This document shows, piece by piece, positions 19,715-28,135 of a stretch of DNA of 64,000 nt. Source of the stretch: Bacteroidota bacterium (lineage in GTDB: Bacteria; Bacteroidota; Bacteroidia; Flavobacteriales_C; GCA-002722245); assembly GCA_026390935.1 (NCBI GenBank), contig JAPLEZ010000145.1:51123-115122 (forward strand), read 5' to 3'. A program made the position numbers and the translations under genes. The notes beneath the pieces are model-generated. The model was not told where the DNA came from. It was given only the letters and a program-made list of their open reading frames with translations, and ran no database searches. The stretch's first letter is position 1; the number at the start of each line of letters is the position of its first letter.

Positions 19715-20542
19715 ATGAAGAAACCAAGAGTCTTATTTGTATCACAGGAGATGATACCTTACCACGAAGAATCGGAAATTGCATCTGTTGCCCGGTATCT
19801 GCCTCACGGCATTCAGGGAAAGGGAAAAGAAATTCGTGTATTCATGCCCCGTTTTGGATGCATCAATGAGCGAAGAAACCAATTGCATGAAGTGATCCGC
19901 CTTTCTGGTATGAACCTTATTATTGATGATTCAGACCACCCTTTATTAATCAAAGTGGCTTCTATACAACCTGCACGCATGCAGGTATATTTCATTGACA
20001 ACGACGAATATTTCGAAAGAAAATACGGACTGAGAGACAAGGCAGGTAAACTTTATAGCGACAATGACGAGCGCGCAATTTTCTTTTGCCGTGGTGTTCT
20101 TGAAACTGTAAAAAAACTTGGATGGTCTCCAGACATTATCCACTGCCACGGATGGATGACCGCATTGGTTCCTCTCTACATCAAAAAAGTATTTAATGAA
20201 GATCCTATTTTTGAAAACTCAAAAGTGATCTATTCAGTTTACAATGAAGGTTTTGAAAAAACACTCGACAAACGTTTTGCTGAAAAAGCTGTTATTGACG
20301 GTGTTAACATTAAAAACCTGAAAGCTGCTGCCACACCCGATTTTGAAAGTTTAAACAAATTGGGCATCGAGTGGTCGGATGCGGTTGTAAAAGGAAGTGA
20401 AGAATTGGACGCTAAAATGGACAAGTTCATCAATGCCTTAAAAAAACCTACGCTGGAATACTATAGCAAGGAAGAATACGTTGATCAATACAATAAATTT
20501 TATGACGCTGTTTTGGAAGAAGCGGCAGTAGAAACGAATTAG
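19715..20542 (+). CDS. short glycogen/starch synthase-like protein (N-terminal GT5 domain only)
   Basis: The ATG at 19715 gives MKKPRVLFVSQEMIPY, matching the GlgA N-terminus. Only about 275 aa. Confidence 0.7.
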   Translation: MKKPRVLFVSQEMIPYHEESEIASVARYLPHGIQGKGKEIRVFMPRFGCINERRNQLHEVIRLSGMNLIIDDSDHPLLIKVASIQPARMQVYFIDNDEYFERKYGLRDKAGKLYSDNDERAIFFCRGVLETVKKLGWSPDIIHCHGWMTALVPLYIKKVFNEDPIFENSKVIYSVYNEGFEKTLDKRFAEKAVIDGVNIKNLKAAATPDFESLNKLGIEWSDAVVKGSEELDAKMDKFINALKKPTLEYYSKEEYVDQYNKFYDAVLEEAAVETN

Positions 20543-20544
20543 TA

Positions 20545-21837
20545 ATGACCAACATCAATTTCCGCCGTCTAGGCTTTATTGCATTTTTAAGCTTCTCCTT
20601 CTTATTACACTCATGTAAGAAGGAAAGCAACGTAGGATCAGGTTTAATTCCCGACGATGACATTCTTAATTCTACCTTGATTGACACATTTACAGTAGAT
20701 GCGTCAACCATTAAATTTGACTCCATTCTTACAGAAAAGATTTCTAAAGTTGCCGTTGGCGAATTGAATGATATGGATTTCGGTATAACATCCGGACAAT
20801 GGTTCTCGCAATTTTTACTTTCATCAACTAACGTATCTTTTGGTGTTAATCCAAAAATTGATTCGGTGATTCTTTCCTTTCATGTGGACACGATATATGG
20901 ATCAAAAGGACAGGCCAGCACTTTCAAAGCCTACGCTTTAGACGAAGCTTTCTCTTCTTCCGTGACGTCTTATTGGTCCAAGTCATCACTGGCCTATACC
21001 AAAGAACTTGGGAGCAGCGCGTTTTTAGCTGACACAGGAGTTGTAAAAATTAAGCTACAAGACTCACTCGGCACATACATTTTAAATGCAACTGCGACAG
21101 ATCTATCAAGCAACGATAAGTTCGCAACATACTTTAAAGGCTTGGTCATTAAAAGCGCTCAAAGCTCGCTTCTTCCGGGAGAAGGTACTTTATATATGGT
21201 CAATCCAACACATCTTCAAACTAAAATTACCTTGTATTATCACAATGATGCTTCTACCGGACTTTCATACAAACTGAATATTCCAGCGGCTGCAAGATAT
21301 TTTGCCAAATATGAGCATGATTATTCTGGAACAGATTTGAACAATCACTTATACAGTTCCTCTCTGGGTCAATCTGAGCTTTATATACAACCTCTAGGTG
21401 GGACTGCTGTGATGCTCACATTTCCTCATTTGAACAAGTGGGCGAATGACAAACAAATCATTATTCATCGTGCTGAGTTGGTTTTTCCTCGTAAAGTCGG
21501 CACTGATAATATATATACTGCAGCAAATGGAGCTGTTCTTTTTAAAGATTCACTTGGTTCAACTTTCCTTTTACCAGACTTCGGTGACACCGACCACAAA
21601 GGAATGTCGAGTCCTGGTTCAGGGATTTATTATGGTGGAGGATTAAACAATGGTGAATACCGCTTTTTGATTTCTAAATACCTACAGAAAAAAATCACGC
21701 TTAAAGAAGATATTACCAAATTGATTCTTCTTGTTAATGCCAATGCAGTAACGCCAAACAGAACAATATTGGATGGCACCAACCCTGGAGGGGCAAGCAA
21801 AACAAAGCTTTTACTATATTACTCCATCAAAAAATAA
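20545..21837 (+). CDS. DUF4270-like lipoprotein
   Basis: Lipobox (LLHSC), 430 aa. Its position directly after the short GlgA-like gene matches the arrangement I recall for DUF4270 genes in Bacteroidota. Confidence 0.55.
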   Translation: MTNINFRRLGFIAFLSFSFLLHSCKKESNVGSGLIPDDDILNSTLIDTFTVDASTIKFDSILTEKISKVAVGELNDMDFGITSGQWFSQFLLSSTNVSFGVNPKIDSVILSFHVDTIYGSKGQASTFKAYALDEAFSSSVTSYWSKSSLAYTKELGSSAFLADTGVVKIKLQDSLGTYILNATATDLSSNDKFATYFKGLVIKSAQSSLLPGEGTLYMVNPTHLQTKITLYYHNDASTGLSYKLNIPAAARYFAKYEHDYSGTDLNNHLYSSSLGQSELYIQPLGGTAVMLTFPHLNKWANDKQIIIHRAELVFPRKVGTDNIYTAANGAVLFKDSLGSTFLLPDFGDTDHKGMSSPGSGIYYGGGLNNGEYRFLISKYLQKKITLKEDITKLILLVNANAVTPNRTILDGTNPGGASKTKLLLYYSIKK

Positions 21838-21856
21838 TTCGATTTAAGACCAAATA

Positions 21857-21890
21857 AAAAATCCCGTTCAGCTAGTCTGAACGGGATTTT
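21857..21890. terminator. bidirectional rho-independent terminator
   Basis: AAAAATCCCGTTCAG / CTAGT loop / CTGAACGGGATTTT, with an A-run on the left and a T-run on the right, between convergent genes. Confidence 0.8.
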
Positions 21891-21908
21891 CGTGCTTTAA
21901 GCAATTCT

Positions 21909-22517
21909 CTATTTCGCCTTTGCGTATAGCTCAGCTACTTTTTTCCAGTTAATCACATTGAAGAAAGCTCCAACATAATCAGGTCTTCTGTTTTGATACT
22001 TTAAATAGTATGCGTGCTCCCAAACATCCAATCCTAAGATTGGAGTTCCTTTTACATCTGCAACATCCATCAAAGGATTGTCTTGATTTGGAGTAGAAGA
22101 CACTACCAATTTGCCGTCTGCTTTAACGCTTAACCACGCCCAGCCAGAACCAAAACGAGTAGCCGCAGCATTAGAAAATTCGGTTTTAAAAGCATCAAAT
22201 GAACCAAAAGCGGCATTGATCGCTTCTGCTAACTCCCCAGTTGGAGTTCCGCCGCCATTTGGTGATAATAACTCCCAAAAAAGAGAGTGGTTGTAAAATC
22301 CACCACCATTATTACGCACAACAGGCGCAACGGTAGAGATTGTTTTCAAGATTTCCTCAATTGATTTTGACTCCAATGGGGTTCCAGCAATAGCATTATT
22401 CAAATTGGTAGTATATGCATTGTGGTGTTTGCTATGGTGGATTTCCATTGTTTTTGCATCAATATGCGGTTCCAAAGCCTCGTAGGCGTAGGGTAATTCA
22501 GGTAGTTTAAATGCCAT
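21909..22517 (-). CDS. Fe/Mn superoxide dismutase
   Basis: [22 protein letters not shown] and DVWEHAYY motifs. Confidence 0.95.
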   Translation of the reverse strand: MAFKLPELPYAYEALEPHIDAKTMEIHHSKHHNAYTTNLNNAIAGTPLESKSIEEILKTISTVAPVVRNNGGGFYNHSLFWELLSPNGGGTPTGELAEAINAAFGSFDAFKTEFSNAAATRFGSGWAWLSVKADGKLVVSSTPNQDNPLMDVADVKGTPILGLDVWEHAYYLKYQNRRPDYVGAFFNVINWKKVAELYAKAK

Positions 22518-22539
22518 AATAGTTAATTTAAGAATCTAT

Positions 22540-22547
22540 CAAATGTA
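22540..22547 (-). promoter_or_regulatory. putative -7 box (TAcaTTTG) for the SOD gene
   Basis: The reverse complement reads TACATTTG, 23 nt upstream of the ATG at 22517. Confidence 0.4.
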
Positions 22548-22608
22548 ACAAAAGAAGATTAATTGAAGATTATTTGTAAAATATTTGATGAAAATTAAAA
22601 TTATTTAA

Positions 22609-22616
22609 TAATTTTG
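22609..22616 (+). promoter_or_regulatory. putative -7 box (TAatTTTG) for the small lipoprotein gene
   Basis: TAATTTTG lies 35 nt upstream of the ATG at 22651. Confidence 0.4.
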
Positions 22617-22650
22617 CGGCGTAAGTGAATTTAATCTTAAAACGTTGAAC

Positions 22651-22842
22651 ATGAAAAATGTAACTAAATTTTTATTGGGAGCTGCTGTTGTAGTTCTTGC
22701 TTCTTGTGGTGGTGAAGCTGCTACTGCAGAAGGAACTGCTGCTGATTCTGCTACTGCTGCTGCTGCAACAACTGAAGTTGCTCCAGTTGCTGAAGCTCCA
22801 GTTGCTGACACTACTGCTGCTGACACTGCTGCAGCTCACTAG
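22651..22842 (+). CDS. small Ala/Thr/Glu-rich lipoprotein
   Basis: MKNVTKFLLGAAVVVLASC lipobox, followed by about 44 low-complexity residues encoded almost entirely by GCT/ACT/GAA codons. Has its own -7 box and terminator. Confidence 0.55.
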   Translation: MKNVTKFLLGAAVVVLASCGGEAATAEGTAADSATAAAATTEVAPVAEAPVADTTAADTAAAH

Positions 22843-22870
22843 TCAAGAGCTCTCGAAAGAGAAAAAAGTT

Positions 22871-22901
22871 AAATCCCGGCCATTGGTCGGGATTTTCTTT
22901 T
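22871..22901 (+). terminator. rho-independent terminator
   Basis: AAATCCCG / 9-nt loop / CGGGATTT followed by TCTTTTT. Confidence 0.7.
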
Positions 22902-22989
22902 TGTCTGAACCTTGATTCACTTGATGGAAGGATTAAAGGATATGGAATCAAGATAATCCTTCCATCAAGTGAATCAAGGTTCAGACAAA
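22900..22989. repeat. 36-bp perfect inverted repeat element (18-nt spacer)
   Basis: TTTGTCTGAACCTTGATTCACTTGATGGAAGGATTA (22900-22935) is the exact reverse complement of 22954-22989. Confidence 0.9.
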
Positions 22990-22991
22990 TT

Positions 22992-23030
22992 AAAAGCCCA
23001 ATAACGATTCCTCGTCATTGGGCTTTTAAT
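22992..23030 (-). terminator. rho-independent terminator for pgk
   Basis: AAAAGCCCAAT (22992-23002) pairs with ATTGGGCTTTT (23017-23027), with flanking A/T runs. Confidence 0.7.
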
Positions 23031-23048
23031 TTATCGTTGACTTAACTT

Positions 23049-24239
23049 CTAATTCAAAATCGCCTCAACTCCTGGCAATACTTGTCCTTCCAGGTATTCC
23101 AACATTGCACCACCACCAGTGCTTATGTAACTTACTTTATCAGCCAAGTGATACTTGTTGATGGCAGCAACTGAATCTCCACCGCCAATCAAAGAGAAAG
23201 CACCTTTTGCAGTTGCTTTAACTATTGCGTCGGCAACCGATACTGTGCCTTTCTCAAATTTTTCCATTTCAAATACCCCAACCGGACCATTCCATAAAAT
23301 GGTGCCAGCGTTTTCAATAGCAGCAGAAAATATCTTATTGGTTTCTGGACCAACATCTAATCCCATTAATCCTTCAGGAATATTGTTGTTTGGAGACACG
23401 CCTGTTTTTGCGTCGTTAGAAAAATCATCTGCTGTGATACAATCTACTGGAAGGAATAACTTAACTCCCTTTTCTTTCGCTTTCTTGATAACATCTAAGG
23501 CGGTTTGCAAATAATCTTCTTCTACCTTAGAAGTTCCAACATTACCACCTTGCGCCTTTGCAAAGGTATAACCCATTCCGCCGCCGATAATCAATACATC
23601 TACTTTGTCAAGCAATTGCATGATGATAGAAATTTTGGAAGAAACTTTTGATCCACCCATAATCGCCGTTAAAGGAGCTTTACCTGTCTTTAAGGCTTTA
23701 TCAATACTCTCCAACTCGCCTGCCAACAACAATCCAAACATTTTATCTTTAGGAAAGAATTTCGCAACAATTGTTGTGGAAGCATGCGCACGGTGCGCCG
23801 TTCCGAAAGCATCATTCACATAGCAATCTCCAAGTTCAGCCAATTTTTTAGCAAAAGCTTCATCTCCTGCTTCCTCTTCTTTGTAAAAGCGGAGGTTTTC
23901 CAAAACCAACACTTCACCTGCTTTCAAGGATGCGGCCAATTCTGTTGCTTGCGCTCCGACACAATCATCAGCAAATTTTACTTTTTTCCCCAAGGCTTTT
24001 TCCAACGTTGGGATTATGTGTTTTAAAGAAAATGCTGCTTCAGGACCCTTTTTCGGACGACCCAAATGCGACATCAAAATTACTGAACCTCCTTTTTTCA
24101 AAATCAGTTCTATCGTTGGCATCGATAAGCGGATACGTGTATCATCGGTTACATTGAAGTGCTCATCAAAAGGAACATTAAAATCAACTCTAATCAAGGC
24201 TTTCTTGCCTGTAAAATCATAATCTCTGACTGTTTTCAT
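23049..24239 (-). CDS. pgk: phosphoglycerate kinase
   Basis: RVDFNVP, SHLGRPKG-like, and GGGDS...STGGGA motifs. 396 aa. Confidence 0.95.
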   Translation of the reverse strand: MKTVRDYDFTGKKALIRVDFNVPFDEHFNVTDDTRIRLSMPTIELILKKGGSVILMSHLGRPKKGPEAAFSLKHIIPTLEKALGKKVKFADDCVGAQATELAASLKAGEVLVLENLRFYKEEEAGDEAFAKKLAELGDCYVNDAFGTAHRAHASTTIVAKFFPKDKMFGLLLAGELESIDKALKTGKAPLTAIMGGSKVSSKISIIMQLLDKVDVLIIGGGMGYTFAKAQGGNVGTSKVEEDYLQTALDVIKKAKEKGVKLFLPVDCITADDFSNDAKTGVSPNNNIPEGLMGLDVGPETNKIFSAAIENAGTILWNGPVGVFEMEKFEKGTVSVADAIVKATAKGAFSLIGGGDSVAAINKYHLADKVSYISTGGGAMLEYLEGQVLPGVEAILN

Positions 24240-24270
24240 GCGGGTATATCTTTTTCTGTTTTAGTATCTC

Positions 24271-24278
24271 CAAATGTA
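24271..24278 (-). promoter_or_regulatory. putative -7 box (TAcaTTTG) for pgk
   Basis: The reverse complement reads TACATTTG, 32 nt upstream of the ATG at 24239. Confidence 0.4.
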
Positions 24279-24300
24279 AATAAACCGTTTTATTTTTTAA

Positions 24301-24308
24301 TACTTTTG
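24301..24308 (+). promoter_or_regulatory. putative -7 box (TActTTTG) for holB
   Basis: TACTTTTG lies 12 nt upstream of the ATG at 24320, which would give a very short leader. Confidence 0.3.
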
Positions 24309-24319
24309 AAGGGCTAGTT

Positions 24320-25453
24320 ATGCAATTTAAAAAAGTCATAGGAAATACCGCTCTCAAACAAAGGCTCATCGCCCAGGTTTCGGAAAACCGTATTAGTCAC
24401 GCCCAGCTTTTTGAAGAGCGTGAAGGCAGCGGCGCACTGGCTTTGGCGCTGGCCTATGCGCAATACATCAACTGTTTGCAACAAGGAGATGACAGTTGCG
24501 GAAACTGTTCTTCATGCATCAAGTTTGAAAAGCTGCAACATCCCGATTTACATTTTATATTTCCAACAGCTACTACCAAGGAAATTACAAAGAATGCCAG
24601 TAGTTCACAGTTCTTTCAACAGTTTAGCGATTTGGTAAAAAGCAATCCGTACATGGGATTGAATACATGGGTGGAAGCTTTAGGTATTGATAACAAACAG
24701 GTCATCATCAACACTCGCGACAGTCAGGACATCATTCAAAAATTAAGTTTGCGTTCCTACGAAGCGCTGCGCAAAATCATTTTGATATGGCTGCCAGAGA
24801 AAATGAATATTGAAAGCTCCAACAAATTACTTAAAACTTTGGAAGAGCCGGATGCAAACACGGTTTTGCTGCTCATCACACAAGATATCGACGCACTCTT
24901 ACCAACAATTCTTTCCAGGGTTCAAATTATCAAAGTTGCTAAACCGAGTGAGAGTGAAATTAGTTCCGGACTTGTTGACAATTATCATTTCAACCCAGAA
25001 GCGGCCTCTGCCGCCAGTTTGCTTTGCGAAGGAAACATCAACCGTGCGCTGGAAATTGCCAATGGAAATGAAGACGAAGATTTTTACATCACCAACTTCC
25101 AAAACTGGATGCGCTATTGCTATACTGCCAACGTGCTTGATATTTCCAATTGGGTAGATGCAGTGGCAACAATAGGACGTGAGCGCCAGAAAAACATTGC
25201 GGAATATGGACTTCGTTTTTTTCGCGAATGCCTAGTGAAAAATTACGGCAACGGACTCAACATGCTTCATGAAAAAGAAATCGCGTTTTTGGATAAATTC
25301 TCTCCTTTTATTCACGGTGGAAATATTATTTTGCTCACCGAGGCCTTTGAAGACCTGCACAATCAAATTACACGCAACGCCAATCCGAAAATAACTTTTA
25401 TGAATCTTTCACTGAACATCAGTAAGATGTTGCGGTTGAAAGCGGAGTTTTAA
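24320..25453 (+). CDS. holB: DNA polymerase III subunit delta' (AAA+ clamp-loader subunit)
   Basis: RISHAQLF, Zn module CGNCSSC, HPDLHFIFP and TILSRVQ sensor motif. 377 aa. Confidence 0.75.
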   Translation: MQFKKVIGNTALKQRLIAQVSENRISHAQLFEEREGSGALALALAYAQYINCLQQGDDSCGNCSSCIKFEKLQHPDLHFIFPTATTKEITKNASSSQFFQQFSDLVKSNPYMGLNTWVEALGIDNKQVIINTRDSQDIIQKLSLRSYEALRKIILIWLPEKMNIESSNKLLKTLEEPDANTVLLLITQDIDALLPTILSRVQIIKVAKPSESEISSGLVDNYHFNPEAASAASLLCEGNINRALEIANGNEDEDFYITNFQNWMRYCYTANVLDISNWVDAVATIGRERQKNIAEYGLRFFRECLVKNYGNGLNMLHEKEIAFLDKFSPFIHGGNIILLTEAFEDLHNQITRNANPKITFMNLSLNISKMLRLKAEF

Positions 25454-25465
25454 AATTAAAAAAAC

Positions 25466-25576
25466 AGATCCTGAAACAAGTTCAGGATGACCAAAGTGAA
25501 CAACACCCGACACAGAATTCATAATGCATTTCAGAGAATGGCACGGTAATGTCATCCTGAACTTGTTTCAGGATCT
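25466..25576. repeat. REPIN-like element, copy 1 (26-bp perfect terminal inverted repeats, 59-nt interior)
   Basis: AGATCCTGAAACAAGTTCAGGATGAC (25466-25491) is the exact reverse complement of 25551-25576. Each arm is itself a hairpin (ATCCTGAA/TTCAGGAT). A second copy is at 61867-61977. Confidence 0.9.
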
Positions 25577-25584
25577 ATCGCCCT

Positions 25585-26283
25585 CTACTTCTCAGTAAGT
25601 TTAAATCCCGTTCCATGAATATTGATGATCTCCACCTTCGGATCATCTTTCAGGTATTTCCTCAGCTTCGTAATAAAAACATCCATGCTTCTTCCCTTAA
25701 AATAATCGTTATCTCCCCAAATCACTTTAAGCGCCATATCTCGAGAAACCAATTGATTTTTATTGAGACAAAGCAACTTCAAAATCTCCGCTTCCTTTTT
25801 CGTTAAAGTCTGCTCTGAACCCTTTAAAATAAGCGTTTGATTAGGGAAGTCGAAAGAAAATTCACCTATCAAAAAAATGTCTTTTTGAGTATCCTTTGTC
25901 TCCGAATTTTTTGTTCTTTTTAAAACCGCTTTAATGCGATAACTCAACTCATTTACACTAAATGGCTTGGTGATATAATCATCTGCTCCCGATTGAAATC
26001 CCTTGATTTTATCTTCATCGAGAGAGCGCGCAGTTAAAAAAATAATGGGTACTTCCTGATTAGCCTGACGGATATCTTGAGCCAAGGAAAAACCGTCTTT
26101 TAAAGGCAGCATAACATCGAGTAAACAAATGTCGTAAGTTGCGCTGTGGAACAAGCGAAATCCTTCTTCGCCGTCTTTTGCCAGATTAACGAGGTAACCT
26201 TCATCCTCCAGATTATCTTTGATGACAAAACCCAAATTTTCGTCGTCTTCCACCAGTAAAATATTGCCTATCACATTCTTCAT
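25585..26283 (-). CDS. response regulator transcription factor (OmpR/PhoB family)
   Basis: Receiver domain (LVEDDENL...DVMLP...K) plus a winged-helix output domain (LTKKEAEILKLL...GTGFKL). Confidence 0.9.
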   Translation of the reverse strand: MKNVIGNILLVEDDENLGFVIKDNLEDEGYLVNLAKDGEEGFRLFHSATYDICLLDVMLPLKDGFSLAQDIRQANQEVPIIFLTARSLDEDKIKGFQSGADDYITKPFSVNELSYRIKAVLKRTKNSETKDTQKDIFLIGEFSFDFPNQTLILKGSEQTLTKKEAEILKLLCLNKNQLVSRDMALKVIWGDNDYFKGRSMDVFITKLRKYLKDDPKVEIINIHGTGFKLTEK

Positions 26284-27536
26284 TCCATTGGTAATTTAAT
26301 CAAAAATGTACTTCCTTCATTGAGTTTGCTTTCAACTGATATACTTCCTCTATGCGCTTCAATAATCAATTTCACATAATTGAGTCCGATACCGAAGCCC
26401 TTAGTAGTATGAATATTTCCGGTTGGGATTCTGTAAAACTTCGTGAAGATATTTTTAAGTTCCTCCTTACTCATGCCGATACCATTATCATGAGCAGAAA
26501 TATAAATGAAATGCTCATCAGAATAAGTGCTAATAGAAATCTCAGGAGCCTTTTCGCAGTATTTGATGGCGTTGTCTATCAAATTTGAAATAACATTAAC
26601 CATGTGGCTCGCATCAAATTTGCGTTCTATAACCGTAGCTTTTAAATCCAGAGAAATTTTTCCATTCAGTTGTTTGATCGGCAATTCAAAGCGATCAGCA
26701 GCCTGTTGAATAATCGTGTGAATATTCGCGCTTTCTTTTTTCAACTCAAAATCTTTTTTCTCAAAAAAGGCCATTTGTAATACCTTTTCCACGAGGTCTT
26801 TCAAGCGCTGATTTTCATCGAAAATGATTTTGGCATAACGAGCCAGTCTTTCGGGTTTCTCGCCTATACCGGGGGTCATGAGCACTTCACTCGACAACGA
26901 AATCGTGGAAATAGGCGTCTTCAATTCATGCGTCATGTTGTTGATGAAATCGGTTTTTATTTCATCCAGTTTTTTCTGGCGGATGATTACATAAATCGCA
27001 AAAGAAAAAAACAGTAAAGTCAGGATGGGCACAATGGACGCGATCAACCAGATGTTGAGCTGATTGATGGTTTCCGATCGGTTTGGAAAAATCACACCGA
27101 AATTGTGACTGTCGATGTCCCACTTAATAGAGTAATCCTTCGACGGCACAACATGTATACTGTCGGTTTCAGTAGTATACACCACCGAATCCGTAAAACA
27201 ATCGTAAATGGCGATGTAGTACGCCTCCTTAATTTTATAACGATCAAACTCCCTTTTCAGCAGTGTATTCAATAGTTTGGGCTGAACTACATCGTTTATT
27301 TTCACTACAAATTTGTTGTAATCCGCTTGCTCAATAGGATGAATTCGGGAGATGGAAAACTTGTTGATGAGCTCCAAACGATTGCCCACATTGGTAAGCG
27401 CGATGTGTACTTTTTGGTTGAACTGATTGTTTTCCAAACGCTGCAACTCCTTGGCCCAAAAATATTGAGTGACGAAAAGAACAAGAACGGATAAGGCTCC
27501 TGTGACGATGAGTATTTGGATGAGGCGTTGTTTCAT
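26280..27536 (-). CDS. sensor histidine kinase
   Basis: Two TM segments flank a periplasmic region of about 150 aa. H-box MTHELKTPIS, N-box NLIDNAIKY, and DNGIGM / GFGIGL motifs. Confidence 0.9.
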   Translation of the reverse strand: MKQRLIQILIVTGALSVLVLFVTQYFWAKELQRLENNQFNQKVHIALTNVGNRLELINKFSISRIHPIEQADYNKFVVKINDVVQPKLLNTLLKREFDRYKIKEAYYIAIYDCFTDSVVYTTETDSIHVVPSKDYSIKWDIDSHNFGVIFPNRSETINQLNIWLIASIVPILTLLFFSFAIYVIIRQKKLDEIKTDFINNMTHELKTPISTISLSSEVLMTPGIGEKPERLARYAKIIFDENQRLKDLVEKVLQMAFFEKKDFELKKESANIHTIIQQAADRFELPIKQLNGKISLDLKATVIERKFDASHMVNVISNLIDNAIKYCEKAPEISISTYSDEHFIYISAHDNGIGMSKEELKNIFTKFYRIPTGNIHTTKGFGIGLNYVKLIIEAHRGSISVESKLNEGSTFLIKLPME

Positions 27537-28132
27537 TTTTTACAATAAGTTACCCCATCAATAATGTTCACTGATATATCATAATCTATTCCTTCAATAA
27601 ATTTAATATCCTGACTACCTGAAATACGGTAATATCCAGGCTCAGAATTATAAACCAACTTTTTATAGTACGAAAACATCTCATGCTTTTTTTGCACTAC
27701 AATCTTCACATTCTTCGACACAACAATGAATTCACCTGTTGAACTCATTTGACCAAAATAAGTAATGGCTAATTCTTGAATTTTTTCACTCATGTCATTT
27801 GCTCTGTATGTTTTCGTTTTTGAATGTACCGGAATCCCTCCCAAACGATGAACCGTTTGTTCAGAACTGTCAATCAAAAATCCTGTTAACTGAACACTAT
27901 CCAAGTCATTCATTAAAAAAACATTCAATTCCTTTGCCCAATCCAAGCTGTCAGTAAGTATTGTATCCGTTTTTCCATTCAACATAGCAATTTTAATCAC
28001 CTTTGGTTTTTCAGTACTTAAGCGCTTAATCTCACTTTTAATGAAATCTGATATCAATGGTTTTTTCGAATGCTCAGATTCCAAACAACCCACCAAAAAC
28101 AACACAACGAAAAAACTTACAAAAACTTTCAT
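27533..28132 (-). CDS. lipoprotein, unknown function (co-transcribed with the kinase)
   Basis: Lipobox (FLVGC), 199 aa. 4-nt overlap with the kinase start. Confidence 0.6.
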   Translation of the reverse strand: MKVFVSFFVVLFLVGCLESEHSKKPLISDFIKSEIKRLSTEKPKVIKIAMLNGKTDTILTDSLDWAKELNVFLMNDLDSVQLTGFLIDSSEQTVHRLGGIPVHSKTKTYRANDMSEKIQELAITYFGQMSSTGEFIVVSKNVKIVVQKKHEMFSYYKKLVYNSEPGYYRISGSQDIKFIEGIDYDISVNIIDGVTYCKK

Positions 28133-28135
28133 CGG

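Noticed and set aside
22605-22915. Two further ORFs over the GCT-rich tract (22605-22826 minus, 22697-22915 plus)
   Set aside because: These are alternative frames of a trinucleotide-biased tract. Only the 22651 frame has a signal peptide/lipobox, a -7 box and a terminator in the right places.
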